From a virus (lineage: Duplodnaviria; Caudoviricetes): a DNA stretch of 54,758 nt. Positions within the stretch are counted from its first letter, which is position 1. Every line of letters starts with the position of its first letter. A model generated the notes under the pieces. It made no database searches, was not told the origin of the DNA, and saw nothing but the letters and a program-made list of their open reading frames with translations. Location of the stretch: the IMG/VR virus record IMGVR_UViG_3300005534_000017, positions 1 through 54,758 of that record, one strand, 5' to 3'. The position numbers and the translations under genes are program-made. Of this stretch, positions 28,209 to 37,332 are shown in pieces.

Positions 28209-28354
28209 ATGTATCTGAATTAGAACAATACTGGAAACAAAAATGGGAATGGTTTTATAAATGTAATTATTATCATTATACAAATTGTAGTGTTTGTAAG
28301 AAACGTCTATATGATGAATTACATCAATGTCAAATTAAAGAGGAGGATAAATAA
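28205..28354 (+). CDS. Small Cys/His protein (49 aa, not in the ORF track)
   Basis: MNVSELEQYWKQKWEWFYKCNYYHYTNCSVCKKRLYDELHQC...; ATGA and TAATG coupling on either side. Confidence 0.55.
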   Translation: MNVSELEQYWKQKWEWFYKCNYYHYTNCSVCKKRLYDELHQCQIKEEDK

Positions 28355-28656
28355 TGAAATGGGATATTGAACTTTTATATATCATACATAATAGTCCTAT
28401 ATATTCAGCAATTAAGTATTTAGGTTTGGAGGTGGATATAGAACGCCTCCTTAAGAAAAATAAAAAAGAAAATAACCATGAGCAACATATAATAGCTCAT
28501 GAAGAATTATGTAAATCACTAAATATTAAACCATATTGGGAAACGGACATAATTAAAGAGCATATAAGATCTCATGATACATTTCAACAAGATATGAACA
28601 AACAATGGGAACGATTAATTGTTCATGAAGAGATAGCGAGAAAGACATACGACTAA
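28354..28656 (+). CDS. Hypothetical protein
   Basis: GGAGG SD, translationally coupled. Confidence 0.6.
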   Translation: MKWDIELLYIIHNSPIYSAIKYLGLEVDIERLLKKNKKENNHEQHIIAHEELCKSLNIKPYWETDIIKEHIRSHDTFQQDMNKQWERLIVHEEIARKTYD

Positions 28657-28699
28657 TGTTATATATATGGATATTGGTATTGGAAGAAAAATTGTATCG

Positions 28700-28834
28700 G
28701 CAAGAAGTAAAGCAAGACCCTAAGTGCTTCACGTCATCTTAGGGCTGTAAGCACAACAAGAGCATGAGACGGTTACTCAATACTTACATTTAACTTGCGA
28801 GAATCATATTACCTGTTAAAGTTTGATTTGTCAA
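28700..28834 (-). ncRNA. Candidate small RNA with its own promoter
   Basis: TTGACA-17-TAATAT at 28834-28806, two hairpins (28761-28784 and 28717-28745) and a U-rich tail. Confidence 0.45.
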
Positions 28835-28857
28835 CATTGTTTATTTGGAAAACATTC

Positions 28858-29220
28858 ATGAAAGATAAAAAAATTAAAATGCAAAAATTAGAAGGAACTA
28901 ATATTAAAGTAGATATGGAAAAATATAATAAGGTTAAGTTAGTTGCCGAAAAACTGTTAAACAATAATGTTTGGCCATCTATTTTGCAAGTAACTCGGGC
29001 TCTTGGCGTTCCAGATGGATATACTCAACCCAATCATTACTTACGTATTTGGAAAAAAATTAATAATTTTAATTTAACCAAAAAATATGTTTTTTTATAT
29101 TCCACGAATGAATCAAGGATTTCAAATTGTTCTTTAGACTCATGTAAAGTCTTTATGATTAGCCCCTTTTATCGCAAAAAAGTTTGTCAAGACCATCTAA
29201 TTGTTTACGATGACCTATAA
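28858..29220 (+). CDS. KfrA-N-like DNA-binding protein with a C-terminal Cys/His motif
   Basis: V..VA..L...N..PS...V..ALG....T.....LR.WK resembles the plasmid KfrA N-terminal domain. Confidence 0.5.
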   Translation: MKDKKIKMQKLEGTNIKVDMEKYNKVKLVAEKLLNNNVWPSILQVTRALGVPDGYTQPNHYLRIWKKINNFNLTKKYVFLYSTNESRISNCSLDSCKVFMISPFYRKKVCQDHLIVYDDL

Positions 29221-29288
29221 ACTTATTTTCGGTTTTTCGAAGAAAAACGGAAAACCTTAACTATACTAAAAATATTATAATGACCTTA

Positions 29289-29317
29289 TTGACAAATATC
29301 TGTATACAGACTATCAT
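29289..29317 (+). promoter_or_regulatory. Sigma70 promoter with a palindromic operator in the spacer
   Basis: TTGACA-17-TATCAT; TCTGTATACAGA at 29299-29310. Confidence 0.7.
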
Positions 29318-29349
29318 ACCCCTCTATCCCCAATCTAGGAATTTATCCT

Positions 29350-29553
29350 ATGTCTAAAAGATACATCTTAACCTATCAAAATCATAATGATGGTACTGAA
29401 TCAATATTATCTTCTGCTCTTTCCAGAGAGAATATTTTAAAATTAATGAAAAAATTAATTATTTCAAAGAACTTACTAAGTCAATATGTATATCGTTTAT
29501 GGATTGTTGATGATGAGGTCAATAATGGTAAAAGAGAAATTATATCGTTGTAA
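29350..29553 (+). CDS. Hypothetical protein
   Basis: AGGA SD; first gene after the promoter. Confidence 0.55.
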   Translation: MSKRYILTYQNHNDGTESILSSALSRENILKLMKKLIISKNLLSQYVYRLWIVDDEVNNGKREIISL

Positions 29554-29716
29554 TATTCGTGTTGATTTAAACACTTGGAAACATTTACAGAGATTATCTA
29601 GAAAAGGAAATGATGAGGAAATTGATAAGGGCGCTTCTAAGATAGTTAGACAGTGTATTGACTATTGTATGAAGAAAGAGGGTTTATTAGAAAAGTTTGC
29701 GAAGATTGAGGATTGA
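29525..29716 (+). CDS. Ribbon-helix-helix (Arc/CopG-like) regulator
   Basis: RCNIRVD.NTW..L..LS followed by S.IVR.CID. Confidence 0.6.
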   Translation: MVKEKLYRCNIRVDLNTWKHLQRLSRKGNDEEIDKGASKIVRQCIDYCMKKEGLLEKFAKIED

Positions 29717-29779
29717 TATGTCAGAGAATGAAGAAAGGTCGGATTTACTTAATAAAATTAAAGTTGTGAAAATTATTAA

Positions 29780-30094
29780 ATGACAATCAAGATTAAAGAC
29801 AAACATGTAGCCGATGAATTGATTAACCTTTTTAATAAGGATTTTAAATTATATAATTCTGATAAGATTAGGTTAGAAGCTTTGACAAATTTTGATTTAA
29901 ATTTATGCCGTAATACTTCATTATTAAAATATCTTAATGAATTGAAAACAATTGATAAGAAATATTATAGAGAATATTTAGACTATTTATATTATAGGTT
30001 CTTATCAGCATTTGAAATTATGGTCATTAAGACTATTAAGGCTCTTAGAGATGAAGGTGTAAAAGTAAATTTAAATGGGAAAATATTAATATGA
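29780..30094 (+). CDS. Hypothetical helical protein (paralogue of the next gene)
   Basis: Shares DEL...F and EL....K..Y..(Y/F)L.Y....F..A.E with 30091..30381. Confidence 0.55.
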   Translation: MTIKIKDKHVADELINLFNKDFKLYNSDKIRLEALTNFDLNLCRNTSLLKYLNELKTIDKKYYREYLDYLYYRFLSAFEIMVIKTIKALRDEGVKVNLNGKILI

Positions 30095-30381
30095 TTGATG
30101 AGCTCAAACAAGAATTTGACACTCTACTAAAAGAATATAACGGTAATCCATTTATCGATAAGGATTCCTTTAAGTCATTCTTGGTAAATAATCTTAAAAG
30201 TTTTATAGCTAACAGTTCTATTAATAGCAAGTTAATTGAATTAGAAAAGAATAATAAACAACAATATATACTATTCTTAAATTATGCCTTTAAACATTTT
30301 ATAGAAGCCAATGAGACGGCTTTTGATGCGATGAGGTCTTTTTGTAGCCAGCTTAAGAATTGTAGCGTGAAGGCGATTTAA
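30091..30381 (+). CDS. Hypothetical helical protein (paralogue of the previous gene)
   Basis: ATGA coupling and shared sequence pattern. Confidence 0.55.
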   Translation: MIDELKQEFDTLLKEYNGNPFIDKDSFKSFLVNNLKSFIANSSINSKLIELEKNNKQQYILFLNYAFKHFIEANETAFDAMRSFCSQLKNCSVKAI

Positions 30382-30402
30382 TTAAGGATTTAGGATATAC
30401 GA

Positions 30403-30633
30403 ATGAGCTTTGAAGACCATGCAACTTTTGGACCAGCAACCATAATAGGTTTGAAAGATAGGGTCTATATTGGTCAGCAATTGCCAAGTGACTTTTTTTC
30501 ATATACAGAGAAAAAACAAAAAGAATTATACCGAAAGTATATGCATTTTCTTGGCCTTACGAGAAATGAAGCTGACGAACTTGTTAAAGGATTATTATTA
30601 TGGTTAGAGCATGGTAGCGAAGATTATGATTAA
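30403..30633 (+). CDS. Hypothetical protein
   Basis: AGGA SD; part of the operon. Confidence 0.55.
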   Translation: MSFEDHATFGPATIIGLKDRVYIGQQLPSDFFSYTEKKQKELYRKYMHFLGLTRNEADELVKGLLLWLEHGSEDYD

Positions 30634-30835
30634 AACTGTATGCAATTGCGATAAATGTGAAAAGGATTTATCATCAACTTCAAACATTATTAATTATCGT
30701 ATCTTCTTAAAATCAGAACGTATTCCCTGTCATGATGGCGCAGTAACCGCTATGATGATACATCCACAAATAAAAGATGAATTACATTTTTGTGATATAA
30801 AATGTTTTAAAAGTTATGTGAATGAGAAATTATAG
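30626..30835 (+). CDS. Small zinc-binding protein (CxxC...FCxxxC), paralogue of 40086..40298
   Basis: CDKCEKDL..SN...Y....KS.RI...G.VT.M.I.P....FC...C. Confidence 0.65.
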   Translation: MIKTVCNCDKCEKDLSSTSNIINYRIFLKSERIPCHDGAVTAMMIHPQIKDELHFCDIKCFKSYVNEKL

Positions 30836-31112
30836 GTGCATTATGACTAAAGAATATTTTTACAAAGATATTCAAATAGATTCTGAAATATTGAAACAAT
30901 TAAAGCGCGAAAAGAGACGATTGAAACTGCTTTATATCTTTGACTTTATATTATTTAGCATATCGTATGTAGTTACATTATATACGATCTCAGATATTGT
31001 TTGTCATTACGTAACCTATGGTAAATATATTTGCGTATTTGTATGTATTTTTGTAGCTGGGGTTTTTACTGAACAATTTACTAAAAGGTATGAAAGGATA
31101 GCTAAGTTATAA
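30822..31112 (+). CDS. Two-TM membrane protein
   Basis: Two hydrophobic segments. Confidence 0.55.
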   Translation: MRNYRCIMTKEYFYKDIQIDSEILKQLKREKRRLKLLYIFDFILFSISYVVTLYTISDIVCHYVTYGKYICVFVCIFVAGVFTEQFTKRYERIAKL

Positions 31113-31117
31113 TTCAA

Positions 31118-31471
31118 TTACTCATACATTCCCAGCGTTAACCTAGGTCTTCTATCATTCTTTAATACCTTCTTGACATCTTCTTTATCGTTCAATAATC
31201 CAAACTTATGTAATAAGTAATCATGAACAAATTCTAATGTTTTACCACATTCCTTTTCAAATTGTTCTACAACTTTCTTATTTAACTTTCTTTTATATTT
31301 ATCGCCTATAGACTTAGGTCTAGCGTAAACCACGATATTCATTTCAAAGGGAAAATCACTACTACTGCCATCCCAATTATATCTATTGGCGCTAATACAG
31401 AGCGTGTCTGAACCCAGTTCTTTAACTGTAAACTTTATATCTTTTTCTACTTCATGATAGAGTTCGTCCAT
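31118..31471 (-). CDS. Hypothetical protein
   Basis: 117-aa ORF in the minus-strand operon. Confidence 0.55.
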   Translation of the reverse strand: MDELYHEVEKDIKFTVKELGSDTLCISANRYNWDGSSSDFPFEMNIVVYARPKSIGDKYKRKLNKKVVEQFEKECGKTLEFVHDYLLHKFGLLNDKEDVKKVLKNDRRPRLTLGMYE

Positions 31472-31513
31472 GATATATGTTACTTAAATAAAATTTTTTG
31501 AGAATCTGTTTCA

Positions 31514-31696
31514 TTATACATCAATATCTTTCCAATCTTCCCATACAAAACCTAATAATAGTTTCATAAAATATCTATGAATAAGTTTTGGTTTTTTATA
31601 ACAGTATATCACCACCCCGTGCGTAGGTCCTTGCACAATCCATAGTCTACCAATTGGTTTTTCTGGTGTTATTACCCCTGCAATTTTATAATTCAT
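31514..31696 (-). CDS. Hypothetical protein
   Basis: Overlaps the upstream gene. Confidence 0.5.
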   Translation of the reverse strand: MNYKIAGVITPEKPIGRLWIVQGPTHGVVIYCYKKPKLIHRYFMKLLLGFVWEDWKDIDV

Positions 31697-32057
31697 TTAT
31701 ATCTTTTCCAAACTCATCTTTTAAAACTTTCCTGACTGCGTCTATTACTTCTGGTTCATCATAGTAATATTTATTATTTTTCAAATTTATAAAAGCTGGG
31801 GTATTTTTTAAAATAAAAAACGGCACAGGATATTTTTTTAAACTGGTAACCATATTTTCAGGCATATCAGTCATGGCAACATCATGAAATTTAAGCCTTC
31901 CTTCTTTTTCTAACTTATCACCTAACTTCTTATTCTTTACATATGTAATATAGTCCCAATGATAGACCATTTTCGCCCATTCTCGTTCATCTTTAGATAG
32001 TCGAAGATAACAAATAAAGTTTTTAAATTTGTAGATAATTCTTTTAAACATTTTCAT
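31686..32057 (-). CDS. Hypothetical protein
   Basis: TAATG coupling to the XRE gene. Confidence 0.55.
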   Translation of the reverse strand: MKMFKRIIYKFKNFICYLRLSKDEREWAKMVYHWDYITYVKNKKLGDKLEKEGRLKFHDVAMTDMPENMVTSLKKYPVPFFILKNTPAFINLKNNKYYYDEPEVIDAVRKVLKDEFGKDINEL

Positions 32058-32563
32058 TACCTTCTTACTCTTTTAGCTTTTTCTGAAAGTTTATTATAAG
32101 CATTGACCATTTTACTTATCCCACTTAATGTTAATTCTTGTCTTCCTACATAAACATGTGATATATATGATGAAGAATACCCGCACGCTAACGCAAGCTC
32201 TTTGATTGTATAACCGTTTATATTACGTAATGAAACTAAGTTTTTTATAATTTCGGACATAGCTTCCCTTAAATTTTTAAAATAATTATTCATCAAGTTA
32301 ACATTGCCCGTAAGTTCTTTTTCTAATCTTTCTTTAAGGCTTTTATCTCCTATTAGCTCTGACGGAGTAACATTAAGAATTTTTGATATTATTTTAATAG
32401 TTTCAGGACTAAGATTGCGTTTACCGGCTTCTATATAACTTATAATAGAATGATTAAGCCCAATTTTATCCGCAAACTGTTTTTGTGTTAAATTGTTTTC
32501 AATTCTAAATTTCTTTATTCTTTTACCTACTTCCATACCTAAGCAAATACCACCTTTTGACAT
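32057..32563 (-). CDS. XRE-family repressor with two HTH domains
   Basis: R....LTQKQFADKIGL..S.IS.IE.GKR and LR...GYTIKELA...GYS.SYIS. Confidence 0.88.
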   Translation of the reverse strand: MSKGGICLGMEVGKRIKKFRIENNLTQKQFADKIGLNHSIISYIEAGKRNLSPETIKIISKILNVTPSELIGDKSLKERLEKELTGNVNLMNNYFKNLREAMSEIIKNLVSLRNINGYTIKELALACGYSSSYISHVYVGRQELTLSGISKMVNAYNKLSEKAKRVRR

Positions 32564-32577
32564 TACTCTTCTGTCCC

Positions 32578-32883
32578 TTATTTATCTAAATGAGTCTTAA
32601 TAAACTTTTCAATTTCTATACGAGAATTTGGTAAAGCTTGAACATCAATAGTTTCACCGGGTAATATATTTATTTTAGATGAATCTATTAATGCCCCCAT
32701 TCCACGATCTAGTACCATTTTGGCGGCTTTACAGCGTCCCTCAACTTTTTCTGACGGGTCTCTTACTATCTTTGCGAGATTATCTAAAATTTCTGGACAT
32801 AACTTTCTAGCATATTCAGATAACTTATATACGTCGTTACATCGACCTAATGGATTACCTGATTTTCCCTTCTCGAAAGTCAT
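32578..32883 (-). CDS. Terminase small subunit-like protein (F.KG.SGNP.GR family)
   Basis: FEKGKSGNPLGR and AAK.VLDRG.G motifs. Confidence 0.7.
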   Translation of the reverse strand: MTFEKGKSGNPLGRCNDVYKLSEYARKLCPEILDNLAKIVRDPSEKVEGRCKAAKMVLDRGMGALIDSSKINILPGETIDVQALPNSRIEIEKFIKTHLDK

Positions 32884-33178
32884 TTATCTTCCTTTTTCCT
32901 TGATACCAAGAGCTAAACATATTGTAGACATGATATATGATTATGCTAATATTCGACCGTAAATGTCATGTATATATTCGGGCTAGCATCCTCTGTTAGC
33001 CATCTTTTTTATCATAATCACAACAATTATTACATTACCTATCACATATTATATATTAAAATAATTTAGTTCACTTATTTAATCCGATTCAATTCTCTTA
33101 TTTTTTAAATTTATCTTATTGATTCATATAAATATTATTAATTATTGAAATATTTTTTAATTATTTTTAAAAAGGCAC

Positions 33179-33214
33179 TTTACACCTTTGTCTACTAAGC
33201 TTATGCTACTAAGC
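33179..33214 (+). promoter_or_regulatory. Early sigma70 promoter with a direct-repeat operator and an AT-rich upstream region
   Basis: TTTACA-17-TATGCT; CTACTAAGC at 33192 and 33206; leader starts CAUGGAUG. Confidence 0.65.
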
Positions 33215-33251
33215 ATGGATGGTTACATTAATCAACAAAGGAGCAATTAAT

Positions 33252-33740
33252 ATGTCTGCACAAGTCAAATATGTCCAAGACCATGTCAAAGCAGCAAAGA
33301 TGATTAGGCAAGAGCTTAAGAAAGCCTTTCCTAGCACAAAATTTAGCGTCACAAGTTCATTATTCTCTATGGGTAATAGTGTGAGCATAAGCTGGACAAA
33401 CGGCCCTACAACCGCTTCTGTTAAAGCTATTACAGATAAATACCAGTACGGTCACTTTGATGGAATGACCGATTGTTATGAATATTCCAATAGCAGGAAA
33501 GACATACCACAATCTAAGTTTGTTCAAGCATCAAGGGAAATTACGAAAGACATTTATGAAACAGCATTTTGTTTAGCTAAGTCTTATTTTAAATGTTGTG
33601 AAGAATGTCTTAACTTGGATTCACGTATTAATGATGGATCTCCTTATTACACAACTGTTAGGCAGTTTTTAAATCCTTACATTTGGAAGACCGATTTAAC
33701 AAATGAATTATTAACAGTTGAAAAGTTATTTAAACATTAA
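33252..33740 (+). CDS. LPD29 (large polyvalent protein-associated domain 29) protein
   Basis: AAK.IR.ELKKAFP.TKFSV.S..S.G.SV.ISWT.GP...V..I..KYQYG.FDGM.D.Y; AAGGAG SD. Confidence 0.8.
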   Translation: MSAQVKYVQDHVKAAKMIRQELKKAFPSTKFSVTSSLFSMGNSVSISWTNGPTTASVKAITDKYQYGHFDGMTDCYEYSNSRKDIPQSKFVQASREITKDIYETAFCLAKSYFKCCEECLNLDSRINDGSPYYTTVRQFLNPYIWKTDLTNELLTVEKLFKH

Positions 33741-33761
33741 ACGTAACAAAGGAGCGCTAAC

Positions 33762-33905
33762 ATGACGGAACTAGACATTTACTTACAAAACATTGAACTT
33801 TTAGAGTCAATTGACTTATCACGATATGACTATCTTGATATGCACGACTTTAAGTTTGATGATGAGAACCTAGAATGTGATGATGAATTTAAGGTTATTA
33901 ACTAA
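33762..33905 (+). CDS. Highly acidic 47-aa protein (not in the ORF track)
   Basis: AAGGAG SD; MTELDIYLQNIELLESIDLSRYDYLDMHDFKFDDENLECDDEFKVIN. Confidence 0.65.
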   Translation: MTELDIYLQNIELLESIDLSRYDYLDMHDFKFDDENLECDDEFKVIN

Positions 33906-33917
33906 AGGAGAAATGAA

Positions 33918-34190
33918 ATGAGCGATGATAAAAACGATTGTGTATGTCTTGACAACATAGTTCACCTACTAGTTGATGTAAGAGAAAAGATGAGCTGTCT
34001 CATAGGTACTCTATTTATTGATGATGTCGAGGACTTAGTTGACGAAGAAAATGAAGAGAAATTACTTAGAAGTGAGTTAATTGATGCACACGAGCTTTTA
34101 AAGGATGCATTACACTTATGTCAATTTAAGCCTTTTCATGCAACGCGAAAGGAAAGGGTAGAAATAATCGAAATGAATAAAGGAGAATAG
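33918..34190 (+). CDS. Acidic hypothetical protein
   Basis: AAGGAG SD. Confidence 0.6.
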   Translation: MSDDKNDCVCLDNIVHLLVDVREKMSCLIGTLFIDDVEDLVDEENEEKLLRSELIDAHELLKDALHLCQFKPFHATRKERVEIIEMNKGE

Positions 34191-34195
34191 TAATT

Positions 34196-34492
34196 ATGAA
34201 ATGTTACATACTTTTTGGAGACACTGGAGAATATGATGAACGTAGAGAATGGGTAGTTTCAGTTTTTCTATCTAAACAAACCGCAATAAAAACAAGAGAT
34301 AAGCTCAATAATATATTAGCTGATCATAATTTGTTGCTCTATTCTGAAATTCCTTTTCTGTATAGTGAGGAAAAAGAAAGGCTTTGCAAAGCTTTAATTA
34401 AAGATATAGATGACAATTTTGTAGTTGATTGCGGTACTGGAACAAGATACGAAATTCAGACATCGGAAATTATAGACTGGGAGAAAAAATGA
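34196..34492 (+). CDS. Hypothetical phage protein
   Basis: AAGGAG SD; G.TGEYD.R.EWVV..F.S...A motif. Confidence 0.6.
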   Translation: MKCYILFGDTGEYDERREWVVSVFLSKQTAIKTRDKLNNILADHNLLLYSEIPFLYSEEKERLCKALIKDIDDNFVVDCGTGTRYEIQTSEIIDWEKK

Positions 34493-34927
34493 AAGTTAGT
34501 AGGCTTACGATACATGGTAATACTCACCCTCATGACAAAGACGGTAAGTTTTTATTCCCCAGGAATAATTTTAATAAGAGGCTTTGGGCTGCTCAGATTA
34601 CGGGTAAGAACGGCTCTTATATCTTTGATAGGGAGTTTATTAATAAATATGAAAAAAGTTGAAGAACTTAGCGAGCTTAATTTAAATATTTTAATTAATC
34701 AAATTAGGTTAAATGATTTAATTGACTCACTTGAGGAGCTATTAGAATTATTTACAAAAGAAAATATTTATGAACTTAAGGGTGCTCTTGAATATATTCC
34801 GGGAAATGTCTACATAGATAAAAATCGAATTCTTTCTTTACAAGATACATGTAATACCCTTTTATCAAATTTTAAAAAAATAGACGATGTTGTAACTAAT
34901 AGTTGTTCTAACTGTGAGAAATAAACA

Positions 34928-35146
34928 ATGAAAATTAAACTCAGATTAATCAATTTATTTAGACCAATTGCTTATCCTGAATGCGATATATCAATTAAGT
35001 TGTTGGAACTCACTCAGAGATATGAAAATAAAAAAAGGAAAGGTTTTAGTATGAAAAATGTAAAAGCATTAATTGCGTTGGGTAAACAATTAAATTTTGA
35101 AATAGAGTATTCTGGTGATATTAATCTTGTTAGATTTTTTAAGTAA
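34928..35146 (+). CDS. Hypothetical protein
   Basis: Last ORF of the early operon. Confidence 0.5.
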   Translation: MKIKLRLINLFRPIAYPECDISIKLLELTQRYENKKRKGFSMKNVKALIALGKQLNFEIEYSGDINLVRFFK

Positions 35147-35149
35147 TTG

Positions 35150-35288
35150 TGGTATTCTCCTACTGACAGCTACTAAAGTGTTTTTGGTTGAAAATTGCTT
35201 TTACACTTTATCAGAAGGTAGCTGTCACATTTAGACGCTCATTTTTTTTAACTTTTCAGTTGCCCGATTATTAGTCGGGCATTTTTTT
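35150..35288 (+). ncRNA. Candidate small RNA (long hairpin) with extended -10 promoter and intrinsic terminator
   Basis: TGgTATTCT at 35150-35158; TGACAGCTAC/GTAGCTGTCA and TAAAGTGT/ACACTTTA stems; terminator at 35261-35288. Confidence 0.45.
35261..35288 (+). terminator. Rho-independent terminator
   Basis: TGCCCGAT-TATTA-GTCGGGCA followed by T7. Confidence 0.8.
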
Positions 35289-35296
35289 ATACAAAA

Positions 35297-35536
35297 TTAA
35301 GAAATTACGTTTTCAATATTTAAAATATTGTTATCATTAATTTTTAATTTTGATTCCATAGATTCTAAATCTTTAATCCCTTTGTTTAATTCTACGATTG
35401 TTCCCGTTACATCATTTTCTAAGTCATCTACATAATCTGCTATTACAAAGAGTTCCTCGCTTATTCTGTCATGGCTAAACTTTTCGATTGTCATCGCTAG
35501 TTCTTGTAGCTTGTAACTTATCTCAGTGAGCGTCAT
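35297..35536 (-). CDS. Acidic helical hypothetical protein
   Basis: AAGGA SD; overlaps the upstream gene. Confidence 0.55.
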   Translation of the reverse strand: MTLTEISYKLQELAMTIEKFSHDRISEELFVIADYVDDLENDVTGTIVELNKGIKDLESMESKLKINDNNILNIENVIS

Positions 35537-35729
35537 AGGTTTTTCCTTTAAGTAATAATTTGTGATCTCTCCAAAAGTCTAAAAGCTCATTGCTTATATC
35601 CCGTAGCTTCTGAAGTTGACCTGACATCGATTTATAAAACAGTTCGTCAGAATCCATTTCTGATTCAATCTCAGCCTCTATATCTTCGATAACAATATCC
35701 AAATCTTCCATTATGTCGATTAACTGCAT
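35523..35729 (-). CDS. Acidic helical hypothetical protein
   Basis: GGAGG SD. Confidence 0.6.
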   Translation of the reverse strand: MQLIDIMEDLDIVIEDIEAEIESEMDSDELFYKSMSGQLQKLRDISNELLDFWRDHKLLLKGKTYDAH

Positions 35730-35916
35730 TATAATATCCTCCCCGCCACTCTCTTTTTAGACTATGGACAAAAAATGTCAAGGTAATAATTATTGATAAC
35801 ATTAATTATTTAACGGGGCTTGCAATTATAATAAACTATGTTATCATAATTTGTGCAGTGTGTTGATTTTTAATCGATATGTGTTATGGTACGTTTTTGG
35901 AAAAGGAGTATTTGTT

Positions 35917-36114
35917 ATGTTGATTTTAACCAGAAGAATTGGAGAAACTTTGTGTATCGGAGATGATATCAAAGTTTCGGTCTTGTCCATAAAGGGTGGC
36001 CAGGTCAGGATTGGTATTGATGCCCCCAAATCGATTGAAGTAGACCGACAGGAAATAAGGCATCGTAAGGATATTGAATCTTTACAGTTCTTAAGAAAAG
36101 CGAACGTGGGGTAG
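35917..36114 (+). CDS. csrA: Carbon storage regulator CsrA/RsmA homologue (65 aa)
   Basis: [47 protein letters not shown]; AAGGAG SD before ATG 35917. Confidence 0.95.
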   Translation: MLILTRRIGETLCIGDDIKVSVLSIKGGQVRIGIDAPKSIEVDRQEIRHRKDIESLQFLRKANVG

Positions 36115-36154
36115 CATACAAAAATTAATTTTGTGAGCCTTCGGTCTAAACTTG

Positions 36155-36183
36155 AAGCCTGAATAAATTAATTCAGGCTTTTT
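36155..36183 (+). terminator. Terminator between the convergent csrA and rep genes
   Basis: AAGCCTGAAT-AAATTA-ATTCAGGCTT followed by TTT. Confidence 0.75.
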
Positions 36184-36249
36184 AACTTTTCGATAAAGCG
36201 CTTGCTTGTTCACCCAAGAAAATCCTATTGAGTTATACAGATACATTAG

Positions 36250-37332
36250 TTACATAGCCCCCACGGAAAGAACGGATGACATGGTCTTAGGGCCATACAT
36301 TCGGTTTTTTAATGTTAACAAAAATAACTCGTCAGACTGCTTGACGTTCTTTTGTTTTAGCTCATTAACTAATTCTTTGCTTCTATCAAATCCGTAAATG
36401 CTCACAGCGCGAACGGCGTTGTTTTCAGAAATCCCAGAATCCACGCATTTCATTAAAAATTCTTTGATCTCTATTTTAGTTGGTTTTCTTTCAATAATCT
36501 TTACTTGCTCCGTAAGGTTTTTGGCCATTTCCTGATCCTTCATTTTCTTGCTGTAATGCTCTTCTTCGCGTTTTTTGACTAGACCCGCTGGTGTACCCCA
36601 TGTTCCTTCACGAAGAGCCTTTATAGCGAAATTTTGAGCGTTCTCGAGGGTACATTTGTTTTGGTCTCGGTGTTCGACATGATAAACCAATTCTTCCAGC
36701 AAATCATCCAGTGCCGTTGTTCGGTATAGTTCGTGTAGCTCACCAAAGTTCTTGATGGCTGATAGCCTGGATTTGAGTTTATTAAATTCATATTTTCTTA
36801 GTTTGTTGTTCTGCTCATTAAAATCAATAATGGATTCGCTGGGGTCTGCCTCGCGCGCGGTATTAATATATCCGTTATTATTTTTATTATTATTTAGATC
36901 TGTATTTATTATATCTGTATTTACTAGTCGTTGATTTTCCGCCAGCGGTTTATCCGCTAGCGGTTTTTCGACTAGCGGTTGAAAGCCTCTATCGCTAATC
37001 TTAACTTTATGTTTTTTAATGGGTTCTTCATGAACAATTAGGCCAACAGGACCAAAAACACCATTTTCGAGACGTTCTTGTGTTTTCTCAATATATCCAT
37101 AAGATTCAAGCTCTTGCAACGATGCTTTAATGCTCGAAATTCCGTCTGTAGAGTGCTTAGTCAATTCACCAATACTACAGCGCCAATGGTCGGGAAGACT
37201 CAGCAAATAACACATTAAACCTTTTGATTTATTAGATAATCTTTTGTCGCGAAGGAGGGATTTACTGATCTGTGCGTATGGGTTTTCTCGATTGTGTGCT
37301 TTTCGGATTATTGTTTTGGTTATATCGGACAT
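36250..37332 (-). CDS. Replication initiator (N-terminal HTH, lambda-O/replisome-organiser-like)
   Basis: NPYAQI...LL.D..LS..SKGL..YLLS.PD.W and L.ELE..GYI motifs; contains iterons. Confidence 0.8.
   Translation of the reverse strand: MSDITKTIIRKAHNRENPYAQISKSLLRDKRLSNKSKGLMCYLLSLPDHWRCSIGELTKHSTDGISSIKASLQELESYGYIEKTQERLENGVFGPVGLIVHEEPIKKHKVKISDRGFQPLVEKPLADKPLAENQRLVNTDIINTDLNNNKNNNGYINTAREADPSESIIDFNEQNNKLRKYEFNKLKSRLSAIKNFGELHELYRTTALDDLLEELVYHVEHRDQNKCTLENAQNFAIKALREGTWGTPAGLVKKREEEHYSKKMKDQEMAKNLTEQVKIIERKPTKIEIKEFLMKCVDSGISENNAVRAVSIYGFDRSKELVNELKQKNVKQSDELFLLTLKNRMYGPKTMSSVLSVGAM
36936..36980 (+). repeat. Three 15-bp iterons inside rep next to an AT-rich tract (putative origin)
   Basis: TTTCCGCCAGCGGTT / TATCCGCTAGCGGTT / TTTCGACTAGCGGTT; the AT-rich 36870-36925 stretch has two ATCTGTATTTA repeats. 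Confidence 0.75.

Noticed and set aside
29299-29310. LexA (SOS) box
   Set aside because: CTGT-N2-ACAG does not fit the gammaproteobacterial CTGT-N8-ACAG spacing.
35851-35916. N-terminal extension of CsrA in the ORF track
   Set aside because: The canonical MLILTRR start at 35917 has an AAGGAG SD, and CsrA needs its first beta strand at the N-terminus.
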